62,551 bases of DNA, filler included, from Collodictyon triciliatum (GCA_043381765.1; 8 parts of 8 records of this genome joined end to end with filler, not necessarily neighbours in it), one strand, 5' to 3'. Positions 13,585-28,200 are shown, counted from the whole stretch's first letter. Translations and numbers: made by a program. Notes: generated by a model from the letters alone, not told the origin.

Positions 13585-16041
13585 ATGAACTTCTGGGGTT
13601 TGTTGACTATACACACGCTGAGAATCGCCTATACCATATATTTTCACTAAAACCAGTGAGAGCATCAACTACTCTCGCGGATAACACGACCTTTATTCCT
13701 TTCCACCAAATTGCAGGAATCGAAGTTGCTCCTTCAAAGCCACAAAAAATTGAGACCAGTGATGTCATCCACCTGACCAGAGTACGTAGAAGCTCTTCAA
13801 TTTTTTAATTTCTTTGGCTCTAACTACTGACCTATTCACAATAAGCTCCACCTGACATGTACCCTCATTTCTCCGGTTTTTTTCTCTTGGCTCTTTACGA
13901 GTGGTGGTTATGTAAACATTTCCTTTTCTTTTCCTTTTTTCTTTTCTTTGTCAGGCTGTCCTTGGCGCCGAGGTCAAACCTGGCCGCACCATCCTGTCGG
14001 TTACCGTTGGCGGAGAGAAGCACATCTTGGCATCACTGTATAAAGAGACTTGCGAGCAAACCTCTCTTGAACATATTTTCCCTCCTGGTGAAGAATTTGT
14101 AAGTTCTAAGAGATAACAGTCGTTGCGACATTGCTCTTTCCCACGCCTGGAATACACAGTCATTTTGTAAACCCACTCCCTTGGCCAGGCTGAGCCCCTT
14201 ACTAAAACACATGCATCGAAAACAGACTTTTGAAGTGACTGGAAGCAACAGCATCTTCCTTACTGGATACACGATGGTTTCCGGTGCGTTCAATGCTTAC
14301 GCGTGGATTCAATATAATTTGAAGAAAATATACTAACTCTATTATATTATCTCCCTCTACTTTGAACGTCAAAACTCGACTGCTACAATAGAAGAGTAAG
14401 GGATGTGATATTACGTGTGTGATATTTTTAATTGTATCCTAGTTAAAATTCAGACAAACTCACGTACAAAATTCTTTTTTCTTAAAAAAAAGGGAGGAAG
14501 ACGAAGACTTGGATGACTTCAGTGGGGAGGAATTCGATGAAGAATTCGATGATGAGGAAGAAGAGGACGAAGAAGAAGAAGAGGAGGAAGCCCCAAAGAC
14601 AACAAAGTCCGGGAAGCCTCGCTTCACTGGTAAACCTGGTGCATCATAAAAACATATTACTGAAATAGCACTGGGCAGTGACACTAAACTTCCACTTACA
14701 TATCACCACTGTAGAAATTACCGAAGAACAAGAGAAAGTATGTTTCTGACTATTGTCCACTAGACATTTTTTCCCCTTTATTCGATTCAAAGTGCAGCTA
14801 ATGTCCACTACATATAAAATAGAAAGCTTTTTACCAGTCCCATTTTTTTCTCATTTTCTCCCTCATTAGTCGACAGCATCCTCTGGAAAGCGTCCTGCTC
14901 CTCAGAACGACGAGGTTGAATCCTCTATTTAATTTTTTCATTCACCGAACCAGCTTTATGCGGAGAATATTATAGAGTATTTTACATTCATAATTCCCTT
15001 TGTAAACGCTACAGTCAAATATGGGACAAAGCCCAAGCACATTATATGTTACTGATATCTTTCCTGTATATGTAGGCTGCCAAGAAGGTCAAGGGTGAAT
15101 CTGGAGCAGCACAACCCGCTGCAGAGGCCCCTAAAAAGCCTGAAGCTGCCCAAAAGGTATGGAACACCCTGAGCACAAATGTTATTTACCCCACCACATG
15201 CGCATCTTGCTTGGTACTTGTGATTAAATTAGTCTGGGTTCCTTTTTGGCGATGAAAAATTCCAACCAGGCACTCACTGCCAATCTCAACCAGGCGCCTA
15301 ACGCCAAGCAGAACCCCAACCAATCTCCCAACGCGAAGCCGAATCCTAATCAGAAGCCGAATCCCAACCAAACCCCAAATGCGAAACAAAACCCAAACCC
15401 AAACCCCAACGCCAAGCAGAATCAGAACAAAGATGGCAATAAGCAGGCTCAAAACACACCAGCCAAGGTTGGTCTTCTCAACAAATTCTTTTCTACTCAC
15501 CTTTCTCGCCCTTTCCTTTTTTTTTACCATCTCCAAAGGAAACAATCACTCGGCCATCTGCCCAATAGGCTATATCAATATATGCAACTACCAACTCCAT
15601 TCCGAGTGTCTAATTGATCAATTCTAGAAAAAAAAAGTTCCTCTAATGTTTTTTTTTTAGAAAGATGCACCGGCTGTAGAGCCACCCAAGAAGGAGGAGC
15701 CTAAGAAGGAAGAACCCAAGAAGGAAGAACCCAAGAAGGAAGAACCCAAGAAGGAAGAACCCAAGAAGGAAGAACCCAAGAAGGAGGAACCCAAGAAGGA
15801 GGAACCCAAGAAGGAGGAACCCAAGAAGGAGGAACCCAAGAAGGAGGAACCCAAGAAGGAGGAGCCCAAGAAAGAGCAGCCCAAGAAGGAAGAACCCAAG
15901 AAAGAGCAGCCCAAGAAGGAAGAACCCAAGAAGGAAGAACCCAAGAAGGAAGAGCCCAAGAAGGAAGAGCCCAAGCCCCAGGGACAACCGGGACAACCTG
16001 GACAGGGAAAGAAGAACAAGAACAAGAACAAAAACAAGTAA
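13585..16041 (+). CDS. Nucleoplasmin-like (NPL; HD-tuin/FKBP-NPL type) histone chaperone with acidic tract and repetitive basic tail
   Basis: Spliced N-terminus MNFWGIEV...IHLTRAVLG...LASL...CEQ..LEHIF...TFEVTGSNSIFLTGY, then an E/D tract at 14494-14590, N/P repeats, PKKEE repeats and stop at 16041. Confidence 0.8.
15685..15969 (+). repeat. Coding 15-nt tandem repeat, 19 x PKKE(E/Q)
   Basis: CCCAAGAAGGARGAR units with synonymous variation. Confidence 0.95.
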
Positions 16042-16458
16042 ATAGCCCTCACAGGCAGGATGCCCGCGCGCATTCGACGCAACCCAGGCGAGCGACCAAG
16101 CACTGACTCTTTTTTTTCTCTGCCCAGGGGCGAAGCCTCAGCCTAAGCGGGGATGACACCGACAAGCGCAGCGGGGCTGTGGCTGCACTCCCTGCGTCGC
16201 ACGCCAATGCCCCCCCACGCGGTCTGCACCTTCTCCTGTACTGAATGCAAAGGCAGCCTGTCGGCAAAGACCACCCCATAAAATCAAAACAAAGACCCAA
16301 CGCAGCCGCCGCGCCTCCCGGCGGTGGTCCGTCCGGCCCGTGTCCTGGCGGGACAGCGCAGAGGGGCAGCGGCCGCGGAGACGCCGGACTAATCAGCCGC
16401 CCAACGCAGGGACCGGCCACGCCCTCCTGCCAGCACACAGGGCCCCGCGCGGCACAGC

Positions 16459-16540
16459 ATGAACACGCCGAGGACGATGGTGTGCGATCTGCGGCCCGGC
16501 GTCAAGAATCTGTCTCTGCAGTTCATCGTCGTCGAGCGCG
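16459..16540 (+). CDS. First exon of SOSS complex subunit B (NABP/hSSB1-like OB-fold); truncated by contig end
   Basis: VCDLRPGVKNLSLQFIVVERG resembles the NABP N-terminus [21 protein letters not shown]; followed by a GT donor. Confidence 0.78.
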
Positions 16541-16678
16541 GTGTGTCTCTTTCCCTCCCCGCACGCTCTCGCTTCTCCTCCCCCAACGAACAACAAAAAA
16601 CAAAAAAACAAAAAACAAAAACAAAAACAAAAACAAAAACAAAAACAAAAACAAAAACAAAAACAAAAACAAAAACAA

Positions 16679-16778
16679 NNNNNNNNNNNNNNNNNNNNNN
16701 NNNNNNNNNNNNNNNNNNNNNNTTAATTAATTAANNNNNNNNNNNNNNNNNNNNNNNNNNNNNNNNNNNNNNNNNNNN
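16679..16778. other. Artificial contig linker
   Basis: N44-TTAATTAATTAA-N44. Confidence 0.98.
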
Positions 16779-16921
16779 TTTATTATTATTTTATTATTAT
16801 TTTATTATTATTTTATTATTATTTTATTATTATTTTATTATTATTTTATTATTATTTTATTATTATTTTATTATTATTTTATTATTATTTTATTATTATT
16901 TTATTATTATTTTATTATTAT
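16779..16921. repeat. (TTTTATTATTA)n tandem repeat
   Basis: Direct 11-nt repeat at contig start. Confidence 0.9.
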
Positions 16922-18289
16922 GAAAAAAAGAGAAAGTAATGCTTTGTTCTCATTAAAAGTTGGCAAGCATGATTTGAACCTCCCCATTTCAGTGCAATAT
17001 CAGTTCTATACGATCTGTCTGTGGTGAATCTCATAGAGTGAATTACAAGAACAGTCTGATATATATCCGCCAAGCTGGGTCAATTCGAAAGCTCTCAAAT
17101 GGCGTTAATCTCATTAATCAATACTCTCAAAATCACGTCTAAAGGGGCTTATGTAATTCATGAAAATGACTCGAGTGCCCTCTGTCCCCAACCATTTAAT
17201 TCTAATATCTGTTTCATAAGCCCTTTCCACTTACTCAGTTTACATAACATATTAAAAAAAAAAAAACAATCTCTTGCTTATTACTCTATTAATGCACTGT
17301 GAAAATGAAGCAAAAAGGCACTGTGATGATACCCATGAGAATTACAGAAAAATGCTTGACTCGCCTGAATCAGCTATTTTCTTAATTATCTGTTGAAATT
17401 ATCGAGGCTTTGGCAGAAACCCGGTCACGTATTTTGTCATTTTATTATTTTATTTTGCATAAATACTCCAAATATTCGTGCATCATCAGAATAAAATAAT
17501 GAGAAAAAGTGTTGAAAAAATCGATGAGCAAATAGAATTGCACAGGTAAAAAGAAAGAAGAAAAAAAAAGGGAGAAAAAGGAAACTGAAAGGGGTGTTGT
17601 TTTAAGTGGCAGGCTCAACTTCTACTTTGTTAGGGTATTATGCACAGAGCCATGAACTAAATTCTGACGTTCTCCACAACCTGACTCGCTCTATTCATCT
17701 GACTTTTTGTCAGGCTTTTCCTCATAATCAAGCGTGGCGGCTGCCGACAGAATCGCAGGTATGGTTGTCTGCTTAACCAAGGGATTCTCTGTGGGGGTCT
17801 TTCTCACCCTCCCTAAATGGCCCAAATGAATTGATAAAGTGCACCACTCAGTTTGGCAATTAAATACAAGTAAAACTCGAAAAACAACTGTGTACTTTGA
17901 ATGTCGGTATGACTTTCCTTATATATTTATATATCAACTTTTACGTGTTGCTCGTCGGGCCAACAGCGAGTTTGGTGTGACGTTTTGGTCTGTGAGAACC
18001 TTCATTGGAGACACTTTAATTCTCGGACTGGGTGGGGGACTTTGCTCGCTTTCGTGCGCATTTCCTGAACCTGTCATCCGACAAACATATTTCAAATGAA
18101 TGGATTATAGAGCCTCCGGTGTAGTCACAAGAGATTCGTGCACAGTTATATCTCCATTCCACTAACAAGGCATGACAGGCAAAGTCGACACCATGTAAAT
18201 GACGTATCTAAAAAGTCATCAAAGCGTACGATTTTGCGACGCCGGTGTTTTCTTATCAACTTGTGGTGGGGCTGGGGCTGATTTTTCTA

Positions 18290-21200
18290 AGTGTGATGAT
18301 TAACTTTATGTGTGTTCAAAAGACGTAAAGATGACCACTGCTCTTTATTCCACACGAGTGTATTGTAAGTAATATTTACTGGGTGTGGTATCGATATTTT
18401 GACCTTCGAAGGCTCCTGTGGCAGTGCTACGAAAAGAGCCTTTCCTTCCTGTTGGCATAGCAAATCGTATATAATCTTTATTTCCGAGACATACATGAAA
18501 TGGTATGTCTACAACAATGAGCCGGAAAAAAATCAAGAAAGTGCATCTTCAATGGTATGATAATGTTACATAAAGTACGCTGTGTGAAATCAGCATTGGA
18601 ATATGTCATAGAGAAAGAAACTATATAAATAAATAGGTCAGTTAATAAATAGATTGATAATCACCTTCAACAATACAATACCCCTTCGTCGCCAACGCCT
18701 CAGAATATGCGGCTGGAACTTTTCATACAAAAAAGTTAAGATAAAAGGTCGGTCGAAATTCAGACACACACATGGCTGTTTGTTAAAAAGGAATATCTTT
18801 TCTTGAGTTGTTTTGAAGAGAAAGAACAAACTTTCGGTAGAGGCTTTTTTCTTTTCAAGGGCTTGTTCTGCTTTTATTCTCTCCTATACAAGAGTTTTCA
18901 AATCAGTGAGCTTTTTTTTTTAAAAAAAAAAAAGAGAATGATAAACCACATGTATATTGTATAAATAGCCTCTCGATTGTGGAGATATCCTTATTACAAA
19001 AAGAAAAAAATTGAGAAGGCTTGCAAACCTCTTCTTCGATTCTATCCAAATCTTCAGGACTTGGGCGTGTCAACTCTGCTGACCATCTTCTATGGTTACG
19101 CGAGATACGATATTTTTCACTCCTGTGATTTGTTGATCAGTATCAAAATATGGTCAGAATCATAAAGCAAGTATATGATGTGAAACACACTTGAATTTTC
19201 CTGTGCCATCGTCATCCGAATTCACAATCACGTATCTCTCGATTTCTTGATACTCCAAAGTTGCCACAAATATTTCAATTATAAGCGCCATCAAGATGCT
19301 GGAAAATAACAAGAAAATATACGCGTATTAGCCAAGGTCGTTAATTGAAGATACCTGTTTTTACATTGAAATTGTAAAAAAAAAAAAAAAAAAAAATGTT
19401 CCCTACTTCATGAATAACATCACTGCAATGGCGATGAATGACAAAAAGAACCTAAGAGTTTGGAATATGAGCCATTCGTTGAGAGTGTACAAAAGTGTAT
19501 CATTGGAATTTTGAAAAAAAATCTGAAAAGTTTACCACGACGAGTGTATAGAAGAGGCATCGATTGCGTCGTACATGATATCTGTGGGTAAAAAAGAAAA
19601 GTAAGAATGGGATTTTAGTAAAAGTATAGGGTATGCATAAAATAAAATAATATGTAATTTACGTACCGCTCCAGTTTGACATCAAAAGCAACCGAAGCAA
19701 ACTATAACAAAAAAAAAAAAACTTAACCATCATCCATATCACGAGATAACAAAAAAAAAAAAAGAATAAGATTTTTTAAGTGATTTATGCGACTTCATAA
19801 TCTTGTTTTCGAAATGATTGTTTTTAATAAGATATTTTAACACTATTGGCCGATGGTCCTTTATATTTATCATCGGTCAATCGATACTAATAAATAGTGT
19901 GCTATTCCTCATAAATACAAACGTAAGGAGAGAAACACCGAATCCATCGAAGGTTGGATGTGGCTCAGAGCTATCTGTAGGTATGGGTAACTTATGATAA
20001 AAGAGCTCCATCCCAAGTATAGCATAAGAATACATGATGACCTACCCACGGAATAAATTTTACGTGGTATTTAGTTGTGGATGTTAACGATACTGCATGA
20101 ATCAGAGACAAAGAGAAGATACCGTTATCGGAATATATATTGCGTGGTAAGTGATCAGGAAGGCCAAACATACCAGTACAAGACACATCACAGCAATTAA
20201 AACTGGAAACATTTTAAGGATATTTTCGATGAAATCTCTCATACTATGAGTAAATATAAAGTATTTATGAAAAAACATTTTGTATAATAGTTCATGACTT
20301 TTATGGAAAAGGTCGAATTCAATTACAAAAAAAAAAAAAACCCTCAAGAAAAAAGGGGTAAGAACCTGTAGACGACAGACACTAATCTCAGTGTTTTCAA
20401 AGCGTAGAGCGCATTCAGATAACGAATTGTATCTATTTACATATACGATTTTTGATATTGTGATGTCGCATTATATTTACAGAAAGATGAAAATTCAACC
20501 ATTTGAGACTAAAATAACTATCTGAATTAGAGAACTAATATATTCAAATTTTAGCAACCTCCATCGTAAAAGCCTGTCATGATAATTGCCAACAGCGGTA
20601 TAACTACTACGGTTGCTTCAAAACTAATGAATATGATGATATTGTGTGCATTAGAATTAAACCGGGCTGCGTTGTTCTATCAGAAATATTCGCATATGGA
20701 CATGGTAAGGACTTTTGCTGAACTCAAAATGTACATTTTCCAGTGGTCTTTGCATATACCAAAGAGACCCTCTGTTAAAAGTCGAAGAGTGAGCTCGAAC
20801 AATAACACTGCCAGAACCAAGTGGTCGAATTGATGCGCCCCGATATTCATGGCCTTGGGCTCGTACAATATGATGGAGACACAAATAATATCGGCAAATA
20901 TCAACAAAAACATGAGAAAGGAATATCCCCTACAAAAACGAAGATTTAAAAGGTTTGCCATTGCACAAACTTTTCGCTGTCGTTAACAGGATGCATTTAA
21001 ATGATTGAAAACAGCCTTTAATTTATGATTATTACTCGTACGTATTGATATTTTCACATATTTTGAATATATACTCACTTGGAATACATGATTTCTTCCA
21101 CTTGTTGTTTTGGAATATATTTTTCAATCAAATCGCATAACCGTTGAGGAAGTATCCTAATATCAAATAAATCATGGCATGTTAGATATGTGAAAGAAAA

Positions 21201-24200
21201 AAGAAAAATCAGTTTTGCCTGTTTTTAAAATCTTTAAATGATCCTATCAGACACATAACTAGATACCTCTTTGGCTCGTCCTCCTTGTGAAACTTTAGTT
21301 GCAAGACATCACACAAAGCAAAAAATTCCCTCATATGTATGCTTTATCAAGGATAGTCTGAAAAAGATAGACGATGCTTTGTTTTTGACAAACTAAATCA
21401 TATAAACATATTAAACAGAACACGTATTATCATACTCATTTCTATTGTTTATAAGGAAAATTAATTGCAAAGTCGGATATCAATCTGCCCGTTTCCATCT
21501 TCGTCGATAGTATCAAAGAGAAGTTGGGCCTGGCCTGAGCGATACTTTTGATCAAGCACACCCAAAAGATCCTTCCAGGTTTGATTGTCAACGTACCTGA
21601 GATTCTGTTCGTGGCAAAGACACGGTATTATGATATATCGGTAAAATTAATGAGTTATAATAGTGCATGGTTTTGCTAAAGAAAAAAGTGTATTTGGACG
21701 AGTATAGACAATCATTTGCATACATTCACATCCAACAAATAAAATGCTGCAGCGAGGGACTGCCTCTCTGCAATTCTATCCTGTATGATTTTTTTCTATA
21801 TTTTCGAGACTCAAGTTAGTTTTTTTTCTCCTTTATTCGTTTCAAAGGAGGTTCGGGTAAGTTATTTCCAAGCCATCAATACACCACCCTCAAACATGTT
21901 AAATTCTGGAATATAATATAAGTGCTGTAATAATATCAGCAAAGCATTAAACCATCTATGAATGCGTTTATCGAGTTTTTTATATCGAAAAATAGAGCAA
22001 CCTTTCTCAGCTGCTTGTAGTTGTCGAACAAGAGTGCAACAGTTATCGTAAGCAGTAGATACAAACAGATGCATATGTAGGAGAGAAAATATATCATGTA
22101 AAATGGGGACATTCGGTAAGCAGGAAACCTAGTCCATTAACAGAACATTATTTTTTGGATGTAAATGGATATTTCTAACGAAGTATCTTTCATTAAAAAG
22201 CGATTCACTATAAGAAACAAGTTTATATAAATCGTACATAACATCCGGAAAATTGTCAGTTGTTAGTAAGACGAAGAGAGCAATCATAGCAGAGGGTAAA
22301 TTCTCAAAGTTGTCTTGCGGGATTTCTCCAGAAGCATCAACATACCTGAAAATGAATGGTTTCAAAAAAAAAGGAAGAGGAAGAAAAGGTGATAAAGTTT
22401 ATGTCAAATGCTGTAGCAATACCCACATACTATCTGATTATTTGCAGTAGAAATTGATAATTAGAGAAGTAAAACAAAATGAATCATAAAAAAAAAATCC
22501 AATTTTTATGTTGCATAAGAAAACAATCAGTAACGAGGAGAGGGGAACATGACAACTTTATGGAATAAGTCATTTGCTTTTCATTAACAATACAGAATGT
22601 CCAAGTGACCAAAAAAATCATTATATGGGGTTTACCTTCCGGAGAAAAGGTATACGCCAATAAACCCGTATAAGCATGTGAAGAAGGTGGTCAGACAGAT
22701 CAAGTGGAACAGACGAGGTATTGTCTTTGCGCATGTAGCAGAAAAGCTTCGGAAACGGCGACTTCTATCAACCAAAATCAGGGGACGTATGATTCTGGAG
22801 ACTCGAGGGATTGACGTAGGATTTCCAATCGATTGAGCAATTATATCAATTGTGCATACCTTGTATAACGAAAAGATAAGCAGATAAGGAGAATAAAGAA
22901 TCGTTATTAGATACTAAGCAAATTTAAAACCTCCCTGACTATTGTTTTTAAAAATAAAATCAACCAGTCATTTATAATAGTGTTGCATTTTATGGGCAAG
23001 GACCTAATTCGTACGTATGTATTCAATAAAATGGACTTGTTTACTAACCAAGACGCATATGCTGGTTTGAATATTCCATCCTTTCCTTAAGAAATATGCC
23101 TTGCCCATGCTCACATAACGGATTATTATATCAACCCAATAGAAGACCACGCAAATAATCTCGATATAGAAGGCCACCTTCATATGAAAACGGTTTATAC
23201 TGTTATGCAGCAATTATCTGATGTATGAATATGTTTTTTTTTCTGGATGTTGGGCTTTCTATGAAAATGGAAATTTTTGATTTAATAAATGAGGTAGTAA
23301 TCTACCACATATTGGATGTACATGAACATCTAGAGGATATGTTATTTCTCACAATACCTGCGCTTCGTGATTTATCCCAGCATTTTCCTTTGTCGCGCGG
23401 AAGCATGGCATTTCAAAGCAAACCAAAATGACGTGAAGAAGAGATATTATCATCATAAATGTTCGATAGATGCGATTGTTTGGTAGTTGGTATATCCTGT
23501 GTTTTGTAATACATTATATGTGAATACTTTAGAACTTTGAATAAAAAAAATAAAGCTCAAAAGAATATTCCTAATGCCTTTTGGTCTCATTAAATTTTTC
23601 AGACAATAGCTCGATTCATATCGGCACTCACCAATGGGAGCCGTTGTTTCTTGGTATGTGCTCCACTCCAAGGACAATATCATGAATGAGACGAGAAGCC
23701 ATTTTTATCCTCTCCTACAGAAACGATTAGCAAATTACAGCCACATCCATCCGAATTCTTTGTAAACATGGACTAGCAAAACTTTGTGGGTGGTACAGAA
23801 AACACATGTAGAATTGAATGAACGTTTGAAGTGATTACGGTGCGAGGAATTCGTGTCAACATATCCCGAGCATTTTCCTCTTCTTCATCGATAATATCAC
23901 CCTCATTTTTTTGCTCGTTGATTGCATCAAGCTCCATCTCAAACATGCTTCCACGGACTTTTGGGGTCGCAATAGTCGGGCTTCGCTTCGGAGATGGTAG
24001 ACTTGCAGATTCCTAAACGTGATATGAATATGTCATGAACACATTAGTCCAATCGGCGGTGCATCCCGACTTTTTTTTTCTCTCACGGGATTGGATATGT
24101 GGTTATGCTCGCATCAAGGAATATTACATACGGGTGCAATAATCCTAGGCGTGCGGGCTGACTTTGGTGGAAGGGTTAATTCAGAGGCAGACAATGAGCT

Positions 24201-24344
24201 CTTTATGCCGGCATTGATGGAAACATCTTCTGGTGGTGAAAGTTGGATTCCCTCTTCATGCAGTATGTCTCCGCGAGAGCATAGGTAGTTCATCGCATCG
24301 ACGTAGGACACTGCTTCGTGTAATCCACGCTGGTTCTTGGCCAT
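18290..24344 (-). CDS. TPCN: Two-pore channel (TPC), many exons; both ends approximate
   Basis: S4-like RVSRIIRPLILVDRSRRFR; pore I FENLPSAMIALFVLLTTDNFPDVMY; EF-hand-like linker LFDTIDEDGNGQID; pore II LLRLLLMSNW; S6 SILMALIIEIF. Confidence 0.85.
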
Positions 24345-24947
24345 TGGGAAATCCTCAATCCCATCAATGCGAGCTTTATTACGTATATTTGTTCATCGTA
24401 CTTTGTTAATATTATGAGAGGAAAAAGGAATAGGTTGGCCCATGATGTTTGATGGGAAAGTGGTTCATTAGTTCTCAGTTGTGGTTCTGAACTGTATTTT
24501 TTTAATCAAGTAGATGATTGGATACCGCAGAATGGTTCTCATTCCCTAGGACATGCGTGTATTACATTTTTATAAATAGGTGTGACAGCAGGTGGGGTGT
24601 GATTACATTTGCGATGGATGGCAAATCTACGAGAGGCTTTTTCTTCCATGATTAAGTCTGCTTCATAAGTAGATATCCGTCCGTTCCAATCGCCAGTCGA
24701 ACGCTTATGTCGTTCAGTGTACTCAGAATCTACTTTAGTTTTGGTTTTATTTTGTTGTTTTACAAAAAAAAAATCATTAGATATAAAGTTTAATTTTTTT
24801 GGGCACCCGACTCTGAAAGGATTTATATATATAAAAAAAAAACAGATATTTTCGAGGCAACAAAAACGATTCGTAAAGATTAATGAGATCATGAGCAGTA
24901 ATATCACCATGAATAAATATGTTAGGGTAAGCATGTGCGGTTAATTT

Positions 24948-25044
24948 AATGATAATGATAATGATAATGATAATGATAATGATAATGATAATGATAATGA
25001 TAATGATAATGATAATGATAATGATAATGATAATGATAATGATA
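24948..25044. repeat. (AATGAT)n microsatellite
   Basis: Hexamer tandem at contig end. Confidence 0.95.
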
Positions 25045-25144
25045 NNNNNNNNNNNNNNNNNNNNNNNNNNNNNNNNNNNNNNNNNNNNTTAATTAATTAA
25101 NNNNNNNNNNNNNNNNNNNNNNNNNNNNNNNNNNNNNNNNNNNN
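25045..25144. other. Artificial contig linker
   Basis: N44-TTAATTAATTAA-N44. Confidence 0.98.
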
Positions 25145-25202
25145 ACTCCTCGTGCTCCTCGTTGTGCGTAATTAACAATCATACATTTCCCAAGATAAAA
25201 AT

Positions 25203-28200
25203 ATGAGCTTGTTTATGGGATCTAAAGAATTCAATCAGAAACTATATGAAGAAAATATAAAAAACATCAGAGCGTATGAATTAGAAGCTGAGCAAATACC
25301 CAAAGTAATGAAAGAGTTGTATAACACAATATTTCCTAAAGGAAAATCAAAATCTATCGAAGCAGCACTTATGATTCGAATTGCTAGTTTGCAATACCCC
25401 CACAAAAATCCTAGTAAGTCGTATAAACTTGCAGCAGATGCTTTTATGGCATCGACATCATCTAGTGAATTTTTTAGATTGTATGCAAATGGTCCTGCTG
25501 CAGGTGTTCCAATTACCACAGATAACTTTATAAGAGCATTGGCAAATTTATTAACAACACAAGGAAAAATTTATATAGATGATACTGTAGAAAAATACAA
25601 TCCTCAATCACGTTTAAAGTTACAGCGTGATGATGATACTGAAGACGTTGATCTTATTTCTCGTGAAAGTATAGTTAGTACTTTGACAGAAATAGCAGGG
25701 GAACAAGATGATGAAGAAGAAGAAGAAGGTCAAACCAATGTATTTGGAGAAGCAGACACAGACCAATTTGATGCAGACCGAGCAGCAATAGAAAAAGGTT
25801 ATCAATCCGCCGAGTCGGGCTCACCAGAAGGCTCACCAGACAAATTAAATGTATCAAATGTATCAGCAGTCAGTGTTGAGGAACCAAAAGCGGCAGAAGA
25901 AGAAGAAGAAGAAGACGATGAAAATACAGTTACATTAGACCCTGACCAAATCAATGTTCGTTATGGTCTGCTTCGAAATACTATTTCAACCAGCACCAAA
26001 GAAATTTTTGTTTTGGGTTACTTACAAAAACGCAAAAACCTTGTACCAGTTCCTACACATATTCACTTACTTTGTAATCGAGTTTTACAATTGCTGCGTG
26101 CACGGGGTGTTTTACAATACACAGACTTTCCAAAGTTTGTACCTTCAGGAGATTATGATAGTACAGAATGGGACAACGCCAATGAAATATTAAGTGAGTA
26201 CCTCACTTTAGAAGTGACACAAACACTTTACACTATGTTGATTAATCAAGAAACAAAAGAAGACTTGAAACAGGCCAGATTAGTTCTCCTTGAACGACTA
26301 GCCGAAGAAGAGTTAGTTGCCGAAGCACTGTTAGAACGCAGACAAAATAAAGAACGAGCTATTAGAGCCCAAGAAAGAGAAGCAAGAAGGGCTAAACAAC
26401 TTGAAAGAGAAGAATTCATTAAAGCAGCTCGAGCAGCAGGTAAAAAAGCAGCAACAGCAGCCGTAGCAGCAGCAGGACCAACTGTTAAACAACAAATTCA
26501 AGAGATGCGATTACAAAAAGACCAATTAGAAGATGCATTAGCATTAGGGCCACAATTACCTAGCAGACTAGACCCGTCTTTCAAAGCCAGAATGATGTTG
26601 ATTTACTTGGAACAAGTACGAGCATATAAAAAAGAAGTAGCACTAAAGGCTATTGAAGAAGTGCCTACATTTGTACCCAATACCCAAAACGAAACTGAAT
26701 TAGCTACAAACGAGTTATTAATAAGTGTAATCAAAGCACAACGCATCAGACGCGAAGTTTTACAGAGAACATATTTAGCAGAAGTCGAAGCAGCTACTTT
26801 ATTTGGCGTAGATGACAGTGCAGATATTGCCCAACAATTAGCAGAAATAGACAATTTAATTGAACAAGACTTACCTACGGACGATGATTTCTTAACAGAC
26901 GTTGCCACGTTGTTTTTAGCCGCACAAGAAGAAGCCGAACAACTTCCAGCAGATTTTAGACAATCCCTCAACGATTCTATGAGAATGTTAAATGAAAAAG
27001 TACAGTTGAGACAAGACGAAACCGTTGACTCACTAGAAAAAACGACAGAGGCAGACACAATTTTACCTTTGACACCGGCAGCTACACCACGACGCAATAC
27101 ATCACAATCATTTACAATTGCTTCTGGGTTTGGAACTAGAGTAATAGGTGACTCAGGGGAAATTGCTAGAAGGCAATTAACTTTTGATGAAGATTCACAA
27201 ACGGCCGAAACTATTAGACGACTACAAGAAGAAAATAATGAACTAAGACAAGAATTAGTAAGAATGCGAGCAGTAGCTAGTGAAGCTCAACAATTGTATG
27301 ACAATTTATTTACGGATATGATTAGAATACAAGATGTAAACGAAAAGGCCCGCGCAATGGATGCCGAGTATATTGGTAAATTACGAAACAAAATGTTAGA
27401 ATTGACACCTCGCCGGCCTAAAGCACTTGTAAAACGTGCTGTTCAGGCAGATGTTGATACACAAACCTGGACTCCTTTACACGAAATCAGACATAAAGAA
27501 TATCCTGTGACACCTGCAAAAAGTGGGGGTGTCAGAGTAGCAATATCACCACGCAAAACACCCCAAGGCCGAATCGAACCAGGTGGATCTGAACAAACAG
27601 CTTTAACATCAAAAGCGTTTTCACCTAAACCCCCATTAGCTCCCGAATCTGGACGTGTGTTTCCAGTAGAAAGAAGTCCAGCAGCCCAAGAATTCATAGA
27701 CAATTCAAAAGCCTTGACAATTAGAATGTCTCAAGCTACTAGAAATCTAATAATAGCCAAGAATATGATCCCTGATAGATTAGAAGACAGCGGAGTCCAA
27801 CAAGATTTTTTAGCGGCCCAGCAGTTGTATATTGAACAACTTCAAAATGAAATAAGAGATTTGAGAAGACAATATAACAATCAACATTTGGCCATTCGCG
27901 ACGTAGACAGACCTGAAGCGCAGGGTAATATCGAGACAGTCAAAAATGAATTCTTGGCCCTTCAAGGTAATGATGCTGCTAGAGTTCAAGCTTTACAAAG
28001 TTCGGTAACAAGCACACAATTAGCACTAGTTGCAAGACGAGACGAGCTAACCGATGAAGGCAATCGCGATCTTAATCAATTGCAAGATGCATTAATTAAG
28101 GCAGCCAACGACTTAGTTAAACTTGAGAAGCTGAGACTACAGCAATTGGAATTTTATATGTCCCTTGATCAAGAGCGACAAGAGCAAATCGACGCACTTA

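Noticed and set aside
15643-16103. Minus-strand hydrophobic (GFLLL)n and (GSSFL)n ORFs
   Set aside because: Antisense shadows of the PKKEE repeat exon
17030-18200. Possible short exons of another gene downstream of TPC
   Set aside because: Could not build a consistent reading frame or recognise a domain
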